Origin: a virus | Taxonomy: Duplodnaviria; Heunggongvirae; Uroviricota; Caudoviricetes | Length of the DNA: 64,000 nucleotides | Reading direction: 5' to 3' (one strand) | Virus record (IMG/VR): IMGVR_UViG_3300033149_001657 | Span: 1-64,000 of that record | Part shown: positions 18,345-27,032 of the stretch, in pieces | Layout of the letters: every line of letters starts with the position of its first letter | Position numbering within the stretch: the stretch's first letter is position 1 | Position numbers and translations under genes: made by a program | Notes under the pieces: generated by a model | Told to the model about the DNA's origin: nothing | The model's input: the letters and a program-made list of their open reading frames with translations, nothing else | The model's database searches: none

Positions 18345-19292
18345 CTACTCATCGGATTTTGGTAAAGAGTATATCATTGGATTTCCTTGTTCATCCGTAG
18401 ACACTATTAGAACATCAACATTCGGTGCTATCTCTTTAAGAGCTTCTAAATATAGATATAATTTTGCTAAGTCCTCTGCATCATCGATACCAGCTGCTCT
18501 AGCTATCATCTCTATAGATTCTCTAGTAGCATTAGCAACTATCAATCTAGTCTCAGCTTCAGCTTGAGCTATTCGTATCTTCTGTTGTGCCTCTGCATCA
18601 GCCAGAACCAATATACGTTCTCTCTCAAACTCTGCTTGTATTTTCTGTTGTTCAGCTACCATCTTATCTTCGATAGCCTGCATGTATTTCTCTGGTAATG
18701 CTATATTCCTTAAATCAAATTCCAAGTGTATTAGAGCTCCTTTAAGAGACTCTGTGTTACGTAGAGCATCGAATACAGCTTCTTGAATAGCATACGCTAC
18801 TTCCTCTCTCCTAGTTATCATCTGTGTAGCTGTAAAGTTCTTAGTAACAAATCTGATAGTCTCTCTTACTGTAGAAGCTATAGCTCTGTCTTCCCAGTCT
18901 AAGTTTGGATACGATAGGTAAAGATCTTTGAGTTTTTCTGGACATAGACTCCATCGTACCATAATGTCTATAGTAGCTTCTAGCTGATCAGACGTAAAGC
19001 ACTTAACAGCAGGGTATTCTGCATAAATATCAGTTCCGTCTCCCCACATCCCCACAGATTCTGTAGCATAGTAAATGTATACTGTTCTATACCATGGCAT
19101 CTTTACAAACCACGTAGGTCCAAGTATTGGACCAGATATTGTACCAGTCATTGGATCCACTAACAATACACCATATCCTGTATCCACTGATCTAAACATG
19201 GTACCAAAGAATATACCTAGAGATGCACCAGCTACTATACCAATCACTAGTAGTATTTTTAGGAGTCTATTTGATCTATCATTCTCCCACAT
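18345..19292 (-). CDS. SPFH/band-7 (prohibitin/HflK-stomatin) family membrane protein
   Basis: N-terminal TM helix; Ala/Glu/Gln-rich coiled region QKIQAEFERERILVLADAEAQQKIRIAQAEAETRLIVANATRESIEMIARAAG typical of band-7 proteins. Confidence 0.75.
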   Translation of the reverse strand: MWENDRSNRLLKILLVIGIVAGASLGIFFGTMFRSVDTGYGVLLVDPMTGTISGPILGPTWFVKMPWYRTVYIYYATESVGMWGDGTDIYAEYPAVKCFTSDQLEATIDIMVRWSLCPEKLKDLYLSYPNLDWEDRAIASTVRETIRFVTKNFTATQMITRREEVAYAIQEAVFDALRNTESLKGALIHLEFDLRNIALPEKYMQAIEDKMVAEQQKIQAEFERERILVLADAEAQQKIRIAQAEAETRLIVANATRESIEMIARAAGIDDAEDLAKLYLYLEALKEIAPNVDVLIVSTDEQGNPMIYSLPKSDE

Positions 19293-19294
19293 TT

Positions 19295-19537
19295 TTATTC
19301 CTCCTGTGACCCTGAAGATTTATTGTTTATTGCCCATTTGCCTTCAGCTACCAACATGTAAACTTCCTTACCTTCATATGTTCTTAGAAGTTCTAGAGTG
19401 GTATCTCTGCTTGTACGTTTAGATAATCCTATAACTATATTTCCCTCTGCATCCATAGAGATATATTCTATTCTAGCATAGATTCTAATATTTGGTAGTC
19501 TTATATCCATAAATTCAATCCTCCTCATAAAGCACAT
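19295..19537 (-). CDS. small protein, possible OB-fold NfeD C-domain-like
   Basis: 80 aa; beta-rich segment GNIVIGL...GKEVYMLVAEGKW. Confidence 0.3.
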   Translation of the reverse strand: MCFMRRIEFMDIRLPNIRIYARIEYISMDAEGNIVIGLSKRTSRDTTLELLRTYEGKEVYMLVAEGKWAINNKSSGSQEE

Positions 19538-19926
19538 TTAAGAGCTAATGGCTCTATTTTCTTTCTCAGATCTTGTGGTATCTTGTTGAAAAGATACTGA
19601 AGGGATTCATCCCATGTGCCACGAGCTAATAATATGAGACGTAGAGCATCCAACAACAGTCTCCTATTAAAGTACATTTCTGTAGCTGTTTCATCGGAAA
19701 AGAAATTGGTAGCATGATCAATAAACTCACAGTAATCCTTGTATTCTTCATATACCTTAAACTTATGAAGGTATTTTCTTACTGGATCATTCTCCGATAT
19801 CGTTATTTTCACTACTACATTAGATTTTTCACTTGGTAAAACAAAAGAAACTAGGTTTTCAAGATAGCTTATTGGTGAAATGATTTTGCTATTGACTTTG
19901 TACACAGACAAGAATACTAGTCTCAT
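19525..19926 (-). CDS. hypothetical protein
   Basis: 133-aa ORF. Confidence 0.4.
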   Translation of the reverse strand: MRLVFLSVYKVNSKIISPISYLENLVSFVLPSEKSNVVVKITISENDPVRKYLHKFKVYEEYKDYCEFIDHATNFFSDETATEMYFNRRLLLDALRLILLARGTWDESLQYLFNKIPQDLRKKIEPLALKCAL

Positions 19927-21191
19927 TTTATCTTCACTACCAGATCAAAGTAGTCTGGTACTCTTCTTTCATCACCATTTCTGGTAATAACCCATATCAC
20001 AGTCATGTCTGGATTTATCATGTCCTGTGTAGGAAACACTCCATACCCATCAGTGATATAAATCAACAGATCAACGTCATCTCCATCCTCCTGAATCTTC
20101 TGAAATATAGGTCTAAAATCTGTACCTCCTCCACCTTTAAGATGTAATGTGTTTAAGTCGTATTCTGACGTAATGGTTTGAGCTTCATAAAGCATTGCAT
20201 CAGAACTATAGATAGTGAGTTCTGCATTAGGTACTTCTCTGAATATCCCTATTATCTGTGATAATCCATCTCTTAGATCTTCCATACTCATGGAGCCAGA
20301 TGTATCTATAACTACTACTCCCTTTATCCCTGACTTTAGCACACTTGGTAAGTAATATCCAGCAGCTATCGATTTCTTAGAAGGTCTAGAGTAAGTATAG
20401 TCATAAGGCATATGTCTCACAATCAACTGAGGTAAATACTCCAACCAATTGATCTGTGGTTCTATCAAATCTTCTATCAATCTCTCTATACCCAATGGAG
20501 CTTTACCCATCGAGCTGGCATGATGCCATGCATCTTTTAATACCTTTCTCCAGTTAACAGTCTCTTTGTCATCTAATGCACCTTTTGGTATTCCCAGTTT
20601 ATCTAAATCAGACTTTGATATAATACCATCCTCTACTTTTTTCTTAGCTTCCTCTATATCTCTTCTGGTTATATGTTTATCTAAGCTACCACGTTTTTTA
20701 CATACTACAATTACTGAAGGAATACCACTATATCCATTAGGGTTCTTCTGTTTAAATGGACAGTTATCACAGTCACCATTGCATTCATATCTTTTAAGAT
20801 CTGGTAACTTGTCATATATTTCTTCCCATGCCATATCTTCGTACTCTCTCATGTATAAAGCTCCCAATGGAAGTTGAAATGTTTGTAGTATCAATGGATT
20901 TATAGCTAAGTCTTGAGCCATATTAGCTTTAAAATGATCTCTTCCTTCTTCTCTCTCCAGATGTCTAAGAGCCACATGCATCACTTCATGACATATTAAC
21001 CCCTTAACCTGTTCAATACTTAATTTCTTTATGTAATCTGGATTGTAATATACAACTCCATAAGGAGTAACAGCTGCTGTGTCTTCATTGGGATCTGGTT
21101 TGAATCTTAATGACATACATAGTACTCCAAAGAATGGCTGTTTAGATATCATCTGAACTCTAGCTTTAGTGATCTTCTCTTCTGGAGACAT
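19923..21191 (-). CDS. VWA-domain protein with N-terminal HExxH metallopeptidase-like domain (MoxR partner)
   Basis: HExxH motif in LICHEVMHVALRHLE; MIDAS-like motif VVVIDTSGSMS in the C-terminal half; immediately downstream of a MoxR ATPase with a 3-nt gap. Confidence 0.7.
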   Translation of the reverse strand: MSPEEKITKARVQMISKQPFFGVLCMSLRFKPDPNEDTAAVTPYGVVYYNPDYIKKLSIEQVKGLICHEVMHVALRHLEREEGRDHFKANMAQDLAINPLILQTFQLPLGALYMREYEDMAWEEIYDKLPDLKRYECNGDCDNCPFKQKNPNGYSGIPSVIVVCKKRGSLDKHITRRDIEEAKKKVEDGIISKSDLDKLGIPKGALDDKETVNWRKVLKDAWHHASSMGKAPLGIERLIEDLIEPQINWLEYLPQLIVRHMPYDYTYSRPSKKSIAAGYYLPSVLKSGIKGVVVIDTSGSMSMEDLRDGLSQIIGIFREVPNAELTIYSSDAMLYEAQTITSEYDLNTLHLKGGGGTDFRPIFQKIQEDGDDVDLLIYITDGYGVFPTQDMINPDMTVIWVITRNGDERRVPDYFDLVVKIK

Positions 21192-21193
21192 GT

Positions 21194-22450
21194 TTACTCA
21201 TCCTCATCTTCTCTTTCCATAGATAAAATATATTTCCCTATTGTTGGAACAAATAGACTCCATTCTTTAAGCTTCAGTACGTTTCTATCGAAGAAATCAG
21301 GCATCATGCTCTTTATCATCTTTAGCATGAATGCACAATATTCTCTAGGCATTCTGTCTCCAATTATAAATATCCTCCTTAGAACCTCTCTAGCTTTGTC
21401 TTCAGGTTTGTTCTTTACATAATAATAGAGATACTCTGTAAGATTGGTACATAGAGCATACAGTAGATCGTTATCTTTAGGCATCTCTATTTTATCTGGG
21501 TTCTTGATGAATTTTTCTGGAGGAGCCAATCTGTCTCTTATTCTTAGAAACGATACAAATTCCTGAGCTACATAAGATCCTACTCTACCACTAGCATATA
21601 CAAATACTCTGTCTATATCTTCAACTCCTTTAATCATATCGCTTACTTTTTCCCATGTTCTAGGTGTAGCAAAAGCTTTCTCCTTACTCTTTGGATTGAA
21701 TGTGTAGATATTAGATGTTTTCACCCTTAGAAACGATATTATTCTAGGATCTATATCGTTGTTTACTGCCCATAAAGTCCATTCCTCTACTGTAGGAGTA
21801 GCTAATTCATACCATGCAAATCTATTGCATAATGGAGCTTCAAATCGAAATTCTGGACATCCATCTATATGTCCTCTATTACCAGCTGCTACTACTATCC
21901 ATCCATCTGGTAATTCATAGTCTCCTAGAGCTCTATCGTTGATTAGCTCCCATATTGCATTTCTAACCAGTGGTGGAGCTAATGGTAGCTCATCTGCAAA
22001 TATGATTCCTCTGCCTTCTCTAGGAAACCACACTGGAGCTGTCCACTTGGTTGTGTAGTCTATTATCTGATAGTCTCCTTTCCACTTAGCTGTAAAGATA
22101 TCAAAGTGTTTTATCGGTACTAGTTCCATATGTCCATTGTATTTTACTATTGCATAGTCTTCTGGTAGTCCTAGTACTTCACCAGCATCTTTCTGAGAGA
22201 ATCTCTGATCTACTAGACAGAATTTATCTGGATGAAGTATAGGAGCTTTCGTCTCAAGAAACTCAAGTGAATATTCACTAGCTAATCTTCTGGCAGCTTC
22301 TCTTACTGAACAACTTTTACCGATTCCTATTGCTCCTTGTATAAATAGAGATCCTTTTACTTCATATGTTCTCTTTATAATATCTATTAGCTGTTTATGA
22401 TTTACTACATATATTGGTCTCTCCAAGTCTTGTATCATTTTCTCAGACAT
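21194..22450 (-). CDS. MoxR-like AAA+ ATPase (AAA_5 type)
   Basis: Walker A GAIGIGKSCS; Walker B IIFADELPLAPP; sensor VVAAGN. SD GGAGGTAATTGGT before ATG. Confidence 0.7.
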   Translation of the reverse strand: MSEKMIQDLERPIYVVNHKQLIDIIKRTYEVKGSLFIQGAIGIGKSCSVREAARRLASEYSLEFLETKAPILHPDKFCLVDQRFSQKDAGEVLGLPEDYAIVKYNGHMELVPIKHFDIFTAKWKGDYQIIDYTTKWTAPVWFPREGRGIIFADELPLAPPLVRNAIWELINDRALGDYELPDGWIVVAAGNRGHIDGCPEFRFEAPLCNRFAWYELATPTVEEWTLWAVNNDIDPRIISFLRVKTSNIYTFNPKSKEKAFATPRTWEKVSDMIKGVEDIDRVFVYASGRVGSYVAQEFVSFLRIRDRLAPPEKFIKNPDKIEMPKDNDLLYALCTNLTEYLYYYVKNKPEDKAREVLRRIFIIGDRMPREYCAFMLKMIKSMMPDFFDRNVLKLKEWSLFVPTIGKYILSMEREDEDE

Positions 22451-22474
22451 ACCAATTACCTCCGATCACCTTAA

Positions 22475-22487
22475 GATAGTAACTAAA
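22475..22487. promoter_or_regulatory. GATAGTAACTA(TC) junction motif
   Basis: gatagtaactaaa, 26 nt before the MoxR gene ATG; overlaps the upstream gene stop. Confidence 0.3.
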
Positions 22488-22926
22488 TTTTCTTTGATAG
22501 GATTACTCTTTTGATTCTCTCAACAAGTTCAGCATATCGTTTCTCACTAATAAGAGTAAATATTTGTAAATACTCTAGAATATAAACTATATCAGTAATT
22601 TCTGAATTTAGGGATCCTTCTAAAGAAAAATAATTCTTATAGAACCACTCATCAAAATCTAACAAACTCATTAAGAGTTCATATTCTTCATCAGACAAAT
22701 CTAAGATAAGTTTAGAATCATTTATTTTGATGAATGGTTTTTTATTAGATATCTTAACAAGATAAAACTTAATTGAATTGAGAATATACTCTTTCACTGC
22801 ATAATGAAGTGATGATTTAGGCTCAGCTATTTTTAATACTCTATCATTTTCAAATCTACTACCATTTTTCCTCAGAATTACAAGTGTCATTAGATGATTC
22901 AGATCTATAAATATCTTGTAACTCAT
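22483..22926 (-). CDS. paralog-family protein (cluster 2, long form)
   Basis: 147 aa; ends ..RVILSKKI*; aligns with the 23861 ORF. Confidence 0.45.
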   Translation of the reverse strand: MSYKIFIDLNHLMTLVILRKNGSRFENDRVLKIAEPKSSLHYAVKEYILNSIKFYLVKISNKKPFIKINDSKLILDLSDEEYELLMSLLDFDEWFYKNYFSLEGSLNSEITDIVYILEYLQIFTLISEKRYAELVERIKRVILSKKI

Positions 22927-23222
22927 ATCTCTTTCACCAATACAGCTCGATTAAATACATCTATTTCCTCATCGATAAGATCTGTAATGTCATCTATAGA
23001 GATATGAAATGGAATGTATCTTACAGTAAGAAGCTGGAAATCAAGACTACCCATAAATGCTCTTTTATTATACTCAAGCTCAATTACCAAATATGTAGAT
23101 TCTTTGTAAACATACATATTAAATCTGTTTAATTTTAATACTACAAATGATTCTTTTCTAGAATATATAGTAGCTTTATGTTCCTTAACCACGTATTCTG
23201 CAATATTATCTATTATCTGCAT
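22923..23222 (-). CDS. paralog-family small protein (cluster 2)
   Basis: Ends ..RAVLVKEI*. Confidence 0.45.
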   Translation of the reverse strand: MQIIDNIAEYVVKEHKATIYSRKESFVVLKLNRFNMYVYKESTYLVIELEYNKRAFMGSLDFQLLTVRYIPFHISIDDITDLIDEEIDVFNRAVLVKEI

Positions 23223-23530
23223 AATTCTCTCCTTGAATCTAATAATCCGTTGAAGAAGACTATCTCTTTGTCAATTAAGTGTTTAAGCTTTTGAATGGTA
23301 GTATTTGTTGTAAATCCCCATATACTTGCACTTATAACAGAACCAGATTGTTCATCTTTTCTAGTATCAAAAAATAACTTGATTATTATTCCAAAATCTC
23401 CTATCCTATCTACTATGACTTTAAATTTGTCTAGTTGAATCTCAGTAATATTCTCTCTTGAGAAAACTATCTTGCCATTATATTTCTCTTGTAAATACTT
23501 AATCAAACACACTTCGATATCTTGATCCAT
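23213..23530 (-). CDS. paralog-family small protein (cluster 2, divergent)
   Basis: Similar size and layout; ends ..LLDSRRELCR*. Confidence 0.4.
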   Translation of the reverse strand: MDQDIEVCLIKYLQEKYNGKIVFSRENITEIQLDKFKVIVDRIGDFGIIIKLFFDTRKDEQSGSVISASIWGFTTNTTIQKLKHLIDKEIVFFNGLLDSRRELCR

Positions 23531-23568
23531 ATTATTTCACGATTTATGACTTACTAAACAATTTATCA

Positions 23569-23859
23569 TTATAATTCTTTAGATAATAGAACTTCCTGCA
23601 TGTAATCAATAGCTTCATAAATACTATTCATAATATCTCTACTATCTCTATCTTCTTCCATAGTCATGCATAAAGTCCACTCAGTAGATAATTTAACCTT
23701 AGATAATATTGCTATTCTATAACAGCTCCAGACATCCCCTCTCATTATCTCTATTTTGAGCTTACCAAGATCAATAAAAGAATCATTATCACTTAGCTTC
23801 CTTATCTTGCAGAAATCATATTTACGTAGAATCTTATTAGCTATTTCATATATTTCCAT
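23569..23859 (-). CDS. paralog-family small protein (cluster 2)
   Basis: Ends ..EVLLSKEL*. Confidence 0.45.
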   Translation of the reverse strand: MEIYEIANKILRKYDFCKIRKLSDNDSFIDLGKLKIEIMRGDVWSCYRIAILSKVKLSTEWTLCMTMEEDRDSRDIMNSIYEAIDYMQEVLLSKEL

Positions 23860-23860
23860 T

Positions 23861-24304
23861 CTAAATTCTCTCCCTTAGAAGATATTCGTTTATTCGTCTC
23901 TTGAGCTCATCAAATTTACCTTCTCTGATAAGAGTTAAAGGTTGTAAATACTCAATTAGCAATAGAATTTCTATGCCAGCTTGAGTCTTAGAGTCTTTAT
24001 CTAACCACTTCAAAGATATCTCTCTCAATATCTCTCCTAAAGCAGTAAACAGATCGTAATCCTCTTGAGTAAGCTCATACCACTCCCATCCTGATATGAC
24101 TCTTCCATGATACGGACTTTGTACTTCATTCCTCATCTTTCTTATATTCTCAGCATACCATCTAGCTATCAGATCAAAATAATCAAAGAATACTGTTACT
24201 GGATCTTTAAACACTCTTCTATATGTCCTAGACAAAGAATGTTCATTGTCTTTATGAATAACAATGAAGTTGTCTTCACTTATAGCTGCTGTGTATTTAG
24301 GCAT
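23861..24304 (-). CDS. paralog-family protein (cluster 2, long form)
   Basis: 147 aa; ends ..EYLLRERI*. Confidence 0.45.
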   Translation of the reverse strand: MPKYTAAISEDNFIVIHKDNEHSLSRTYRRVFKDPVTVFFDYFDLIARWYAENIRKMRNEVQSPYHGRVISGWEWYELTQEDYDLFTALGEILREISLKWLDKDSKTQAGIEILLLIEYLQPLTLIREGKFDELKRRINEYLLRERI

Positions 24305-24643
24305 CTATATGCTCTCCATTAGTAGCAATCTTTTAACGAACTCTACACGTGATTTTATTATATTAAAAGCTCTATGTATATCACGAGGAAGATACTTAGC
24401 GTATAATAAAGTCATATCTTCAAGATCCATGCAGGTTTCTATTACAAATTCATAGAAATATTCCCAGTCACTCACTTTGATATAGTAGAAACCACAATCT
24501 ATTGTTAGAGATTCATTGTCTTCATCTATTTTACCATCACTAAACTCTTTCTTAAGTAACTCTTTCAATTCATCGAATGTCATTAGATTCACTCTGGATC
24601 TGAGATTGAATGTATTTCGGTATCCATCTAATAAATTTGTCAC
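24305..24643 (-). CDS. paralog-family small protein (cluster 2)
   Basis: Ends ..RLLLMESI*. Confidence 0.45.
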   Translation of the reverse strand: MTNLLDGYRNTFNLRSRVNLMTFDELKELLKKEFSDGKIDEDNESLTIDCGFYYIKVSDWEYFYEFVIETCMDLEDMTLLYAKYLPRDIHRAFNIIKSRVEFVKRLLLMESI

Positions 24644-24681
24644 ATGTCAATACACATAGTTCACTATTGGATTTACAATTG

Positions 24682-25101
24682 TCACATGGAGTCTCCATCT
24701 TCTTCATTAACCTCATTCTCCTTATCTGATATCCTAGTGTATAGAGCACTAATGAACTCAGATGAGAGTTTGTAAAGTCTAGGAGTAGTTCTACGATTTA
24801 TCTCTAACATTCCTGTTGGTTCAAGTATTTTATTGCTTGTAAGAGTCTTTAGAAATCTCTCTGCATTCCTAATATTTCTATCAGATATCCATGCCAGTGT
24901 ACTTGAAGTTATTGGTATTCCTATTCTAGACATAGATATTACAAGACATAGCAATCTGTGATTAATTAGATTTCCCCAGTGTACTCTTGAATACTGTTTG
25001 ATGAATTCTCTGAACCTATAGTAGTACCTACCAGTTTCCCAGTTCATTAGAACTCTCTTATATTCATCTAGTACCTTCTCCTTTATCTCCTCCATATACA
25101 T
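24682..25101 (-). CDS. hypothetical protein
   Basis: 139-aa ORF. Confidence 0.4.
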   Translation of the reverse strand: MYMEEIKEKVLDEYKRVLMNWETGRYYYRFREFIKQYSRVHWGNLINHRLLCLVISMSRIGIPITSSTLAWISDRNIRNAERFLKTLTSNKILEPTGMLEINRRTTPRLYKLSSEFISALYTRISDKENEVNEEDGDSM

Positions 25102-25126
25102 TTAATTTCAACTCCTTCTATTACTT

Positions 25127-25480
25127 CTAAAATAAGAGAGCTATCTCAAGATTACGATATCTTATTCTGTCCAGTGCCTCAGACAGTTCTCTATCATTCC
25201 AATTTACTGAAAACAAATGATGTAGATACTCATGTGAGAGAGTATGAGATAGAATTTCTATTGAAGGTTCTGTATCATCACCTAATACTATTTCATGATA
25301 AAAGTAGTCGTAATATGAACCTCTTACTCCTTTGAAAGCTTCATTAAACTCTTGAGTAAGCTGTCTTGGTACTATGTTTCTTAGACATCTCCATGAATAG
25401 TAGTAATCTCTCGAAATAACAGTAACTTTAGGTTCAGAACTATCCTTCATATTCCATCTCCTGAGTAATCCAGCAAGCAA
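25127..25480 (-). CDS. hypothetical protein
   Basis: 117-aa ORF. Confidence 0.4.
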   Translation of the reverse strand: MLAGLLRRWNMKDSSEPKVTVISRDYYYSWRCLRNIVPRQLTQEFNEAFKGVRGSYYDYFYHEIVLGDDTEPSIEILSHTLSHEYLHHLFSVNWNDRELSEALDRIRYRNLEIALLF

Positions 25481-25559
25481 GTTGTATTTTCAGATAGAAC
25501 AAATAATACAATATTAGTGAGAGAACTTGTAAATTGTAAGTGAATAGAACAATAGCTTC

Positions 25560-26009
25560 TCATGGTCGAATCCAGTCATTCGTCATGGTTTCGTTAATAG
25601 TTGGAAGATAAGGTAGATGTATGATAAAAGAAGTTTCATTATGTATATGCATTGGATAGAGAAACCAGAATTTACCCATATGTACCGTAGTAATCTTCTC
25701 TAATCTGAACGAACCATCAACAATGATGCTTACATCCCTAGCATCCATAATTTCAGTTTTCAAGAATCGTCCATCGAAATATTTGATTACGTAAGATTCC
25801 TTTAGATCAAGATTGAATTCTGCAGCTAGAAGGAATACGGAACCTGAACCACTAGTATGCCATACGCCAAATGGACAGGTTACCCGATAGAGATCATAAT
25901 ACATGATATCAACAACTGAATATTCTGTCACTATAGCCACTATACATCCTCCGAATAAGCAAATCACTCCTATAAGGAATGAGACACAAACGAGAACACC
26001 TATATCCAT
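25560..26009 (-). CDS. membrane protein (N-terminal TM)
   Basis: N-terminal segment VLVCVSFLIGVICLFGGCIVAIV. Confidence 0.4.
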   Translation of the reverse strand: MDIGVLVCVSFLIGVICLFGGCIVAIVTEYSVVDIMYYDLYRVTCPFGVWHTSGSGSVFLLAAEFNLDLKESYVIKYFDGRFLKTEIMDARDVSIIVDGSFRLEKITTVHMGKFWFLYPMHIHNETSFIIHLPYLPTINETMTNDWIRP

Positions 26010-26399
26010 TCAAACTTCCTCCGTAATCATCTCAACAATTCTTTTGGTCTCCATGTACCATGAAAAAATAGAAACGATAGTTCTAACAGAATCACTGTAA
26101 TCCATTGATGATAGAACTCCAAGTGTCTTGACTGGAAATTTATCAAACTGATCTCGTATCTGTCTGAAATATTTTCTACAGTCATCAAGTCTGTCAGCAT
26201 AAGCAATATCATCCTCCGTTAGATCTGAGATATAGTCTTTCAGTATTTGTATCTCTTCTTGAGCATCCTTAAGTCTCACCCACTTCTCTTTTGCACATGG
26301 TTTCTGACATGACTGACATTTGGACATAAAGTCCTTACAACGAGATGCATTCTCAGACAACATCTCAACAAATGTCTTTGACTTATCTTCTAAGCTCAT
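26010..26399 (-). CDS. hypothetical protein
   Basis: 129-aa ORF with a CxxC pair. Confidence 0.4.
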   Translation of the reverse strand: MSLEDKSKTFVEMLSENASRCKDFMSKCQSCQKPCAKEKWVRLKDAQEEIQILKDYISDLTEDDIAYADRLDDCRKYFRQIRDQFDKFPVKTLGVLSSMDYSDSVRTIVSIFSWYMETKRIVEMITEEV

Positions 26400-26414
26400 T
26401 AGATCATTCCTCTA

Positions 26415-27032
26415 CTATAAGCTAGATTTATCTCTTCCACGTATCTTACTATACTTATAATTATTTATAGCTTTCAGAATCTCATTGATGTCTACTGGAC
26501 AGTAGTTCCACACATCAACACCGACATTTACTAGATACGTTCTAGATGTCTTCTTTACTTTCCATCTATCATGAACATGTCCTACTAGATTGATAGGATA
26601 GTCTGGATTGTGATCAATGGGATTGTGAGTACAGTAGATATCATTGCCACCTATTCTGAGAACAAGAGACTGGATAGGAGTGTTAAGTGAGTTGTTGTGA
26701 TCATGATTACCTTTCAGCAGAACAATATTGCCATTGAGCTGGTCAAGATAGTAACTAGGCTTATGGAGCTTCTTGTAAAACATGAAGTCTCCTAGATGAA
26801 TAACAATATCATGTTTATCTACTCTGGAGTTCCATAGCTGAATCAGTCTTATATCCATGTGATCAGCTGACTTGAATGGTCTATTACAATACTTTATAAT
26901 ATTCTCATGGCTAGCTACTAAATAGTAGCTAACTTTCATGACCAAAGTGTGTATCCGATGTAAACCAAGTCTTGATATCTCATCCCTCCCAGAATTAGAT
27001 ACTATCCTCCAGTTCGTATAAACACTGAACAT
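26415..27032 (-). CDS. calcineurin-like metallophosphoesterase
   Basis: Motifs HLGDF, LKGNHDH and GHVHD (the GDxHG / GNHE / GHxH set). Confidence 0.65.
   Translation of the reverse strand: MFSVYTNWRIVSNSGRDEISRLGLHRIHTLVMKVSYYLVASHENIIKYCNRPFKSADHMDIRLIQLWNSRVDKHDIVIHLGDFMFYKKLHKPSYYLDQLNGNIVLLKGNHDHNNSLNTPIQSLVLRIGGNDIYCTHNPIDHNPDYPINLVGHVHDRWKVKKTSRTYLVNVGVDVWNYCPVDINEILKAINNYKYSKIRGRDKSSL

Noticed and set aside
26027-26212. Minus-strand 61-aa ORF nested in gene 26010-26399; similarly 53938-54135 inside the fibre gene and 49632-49820 antisense to the GYPECC gene.
   Set aside because: Nested or antisense ORFs within longer, better-supported genes.
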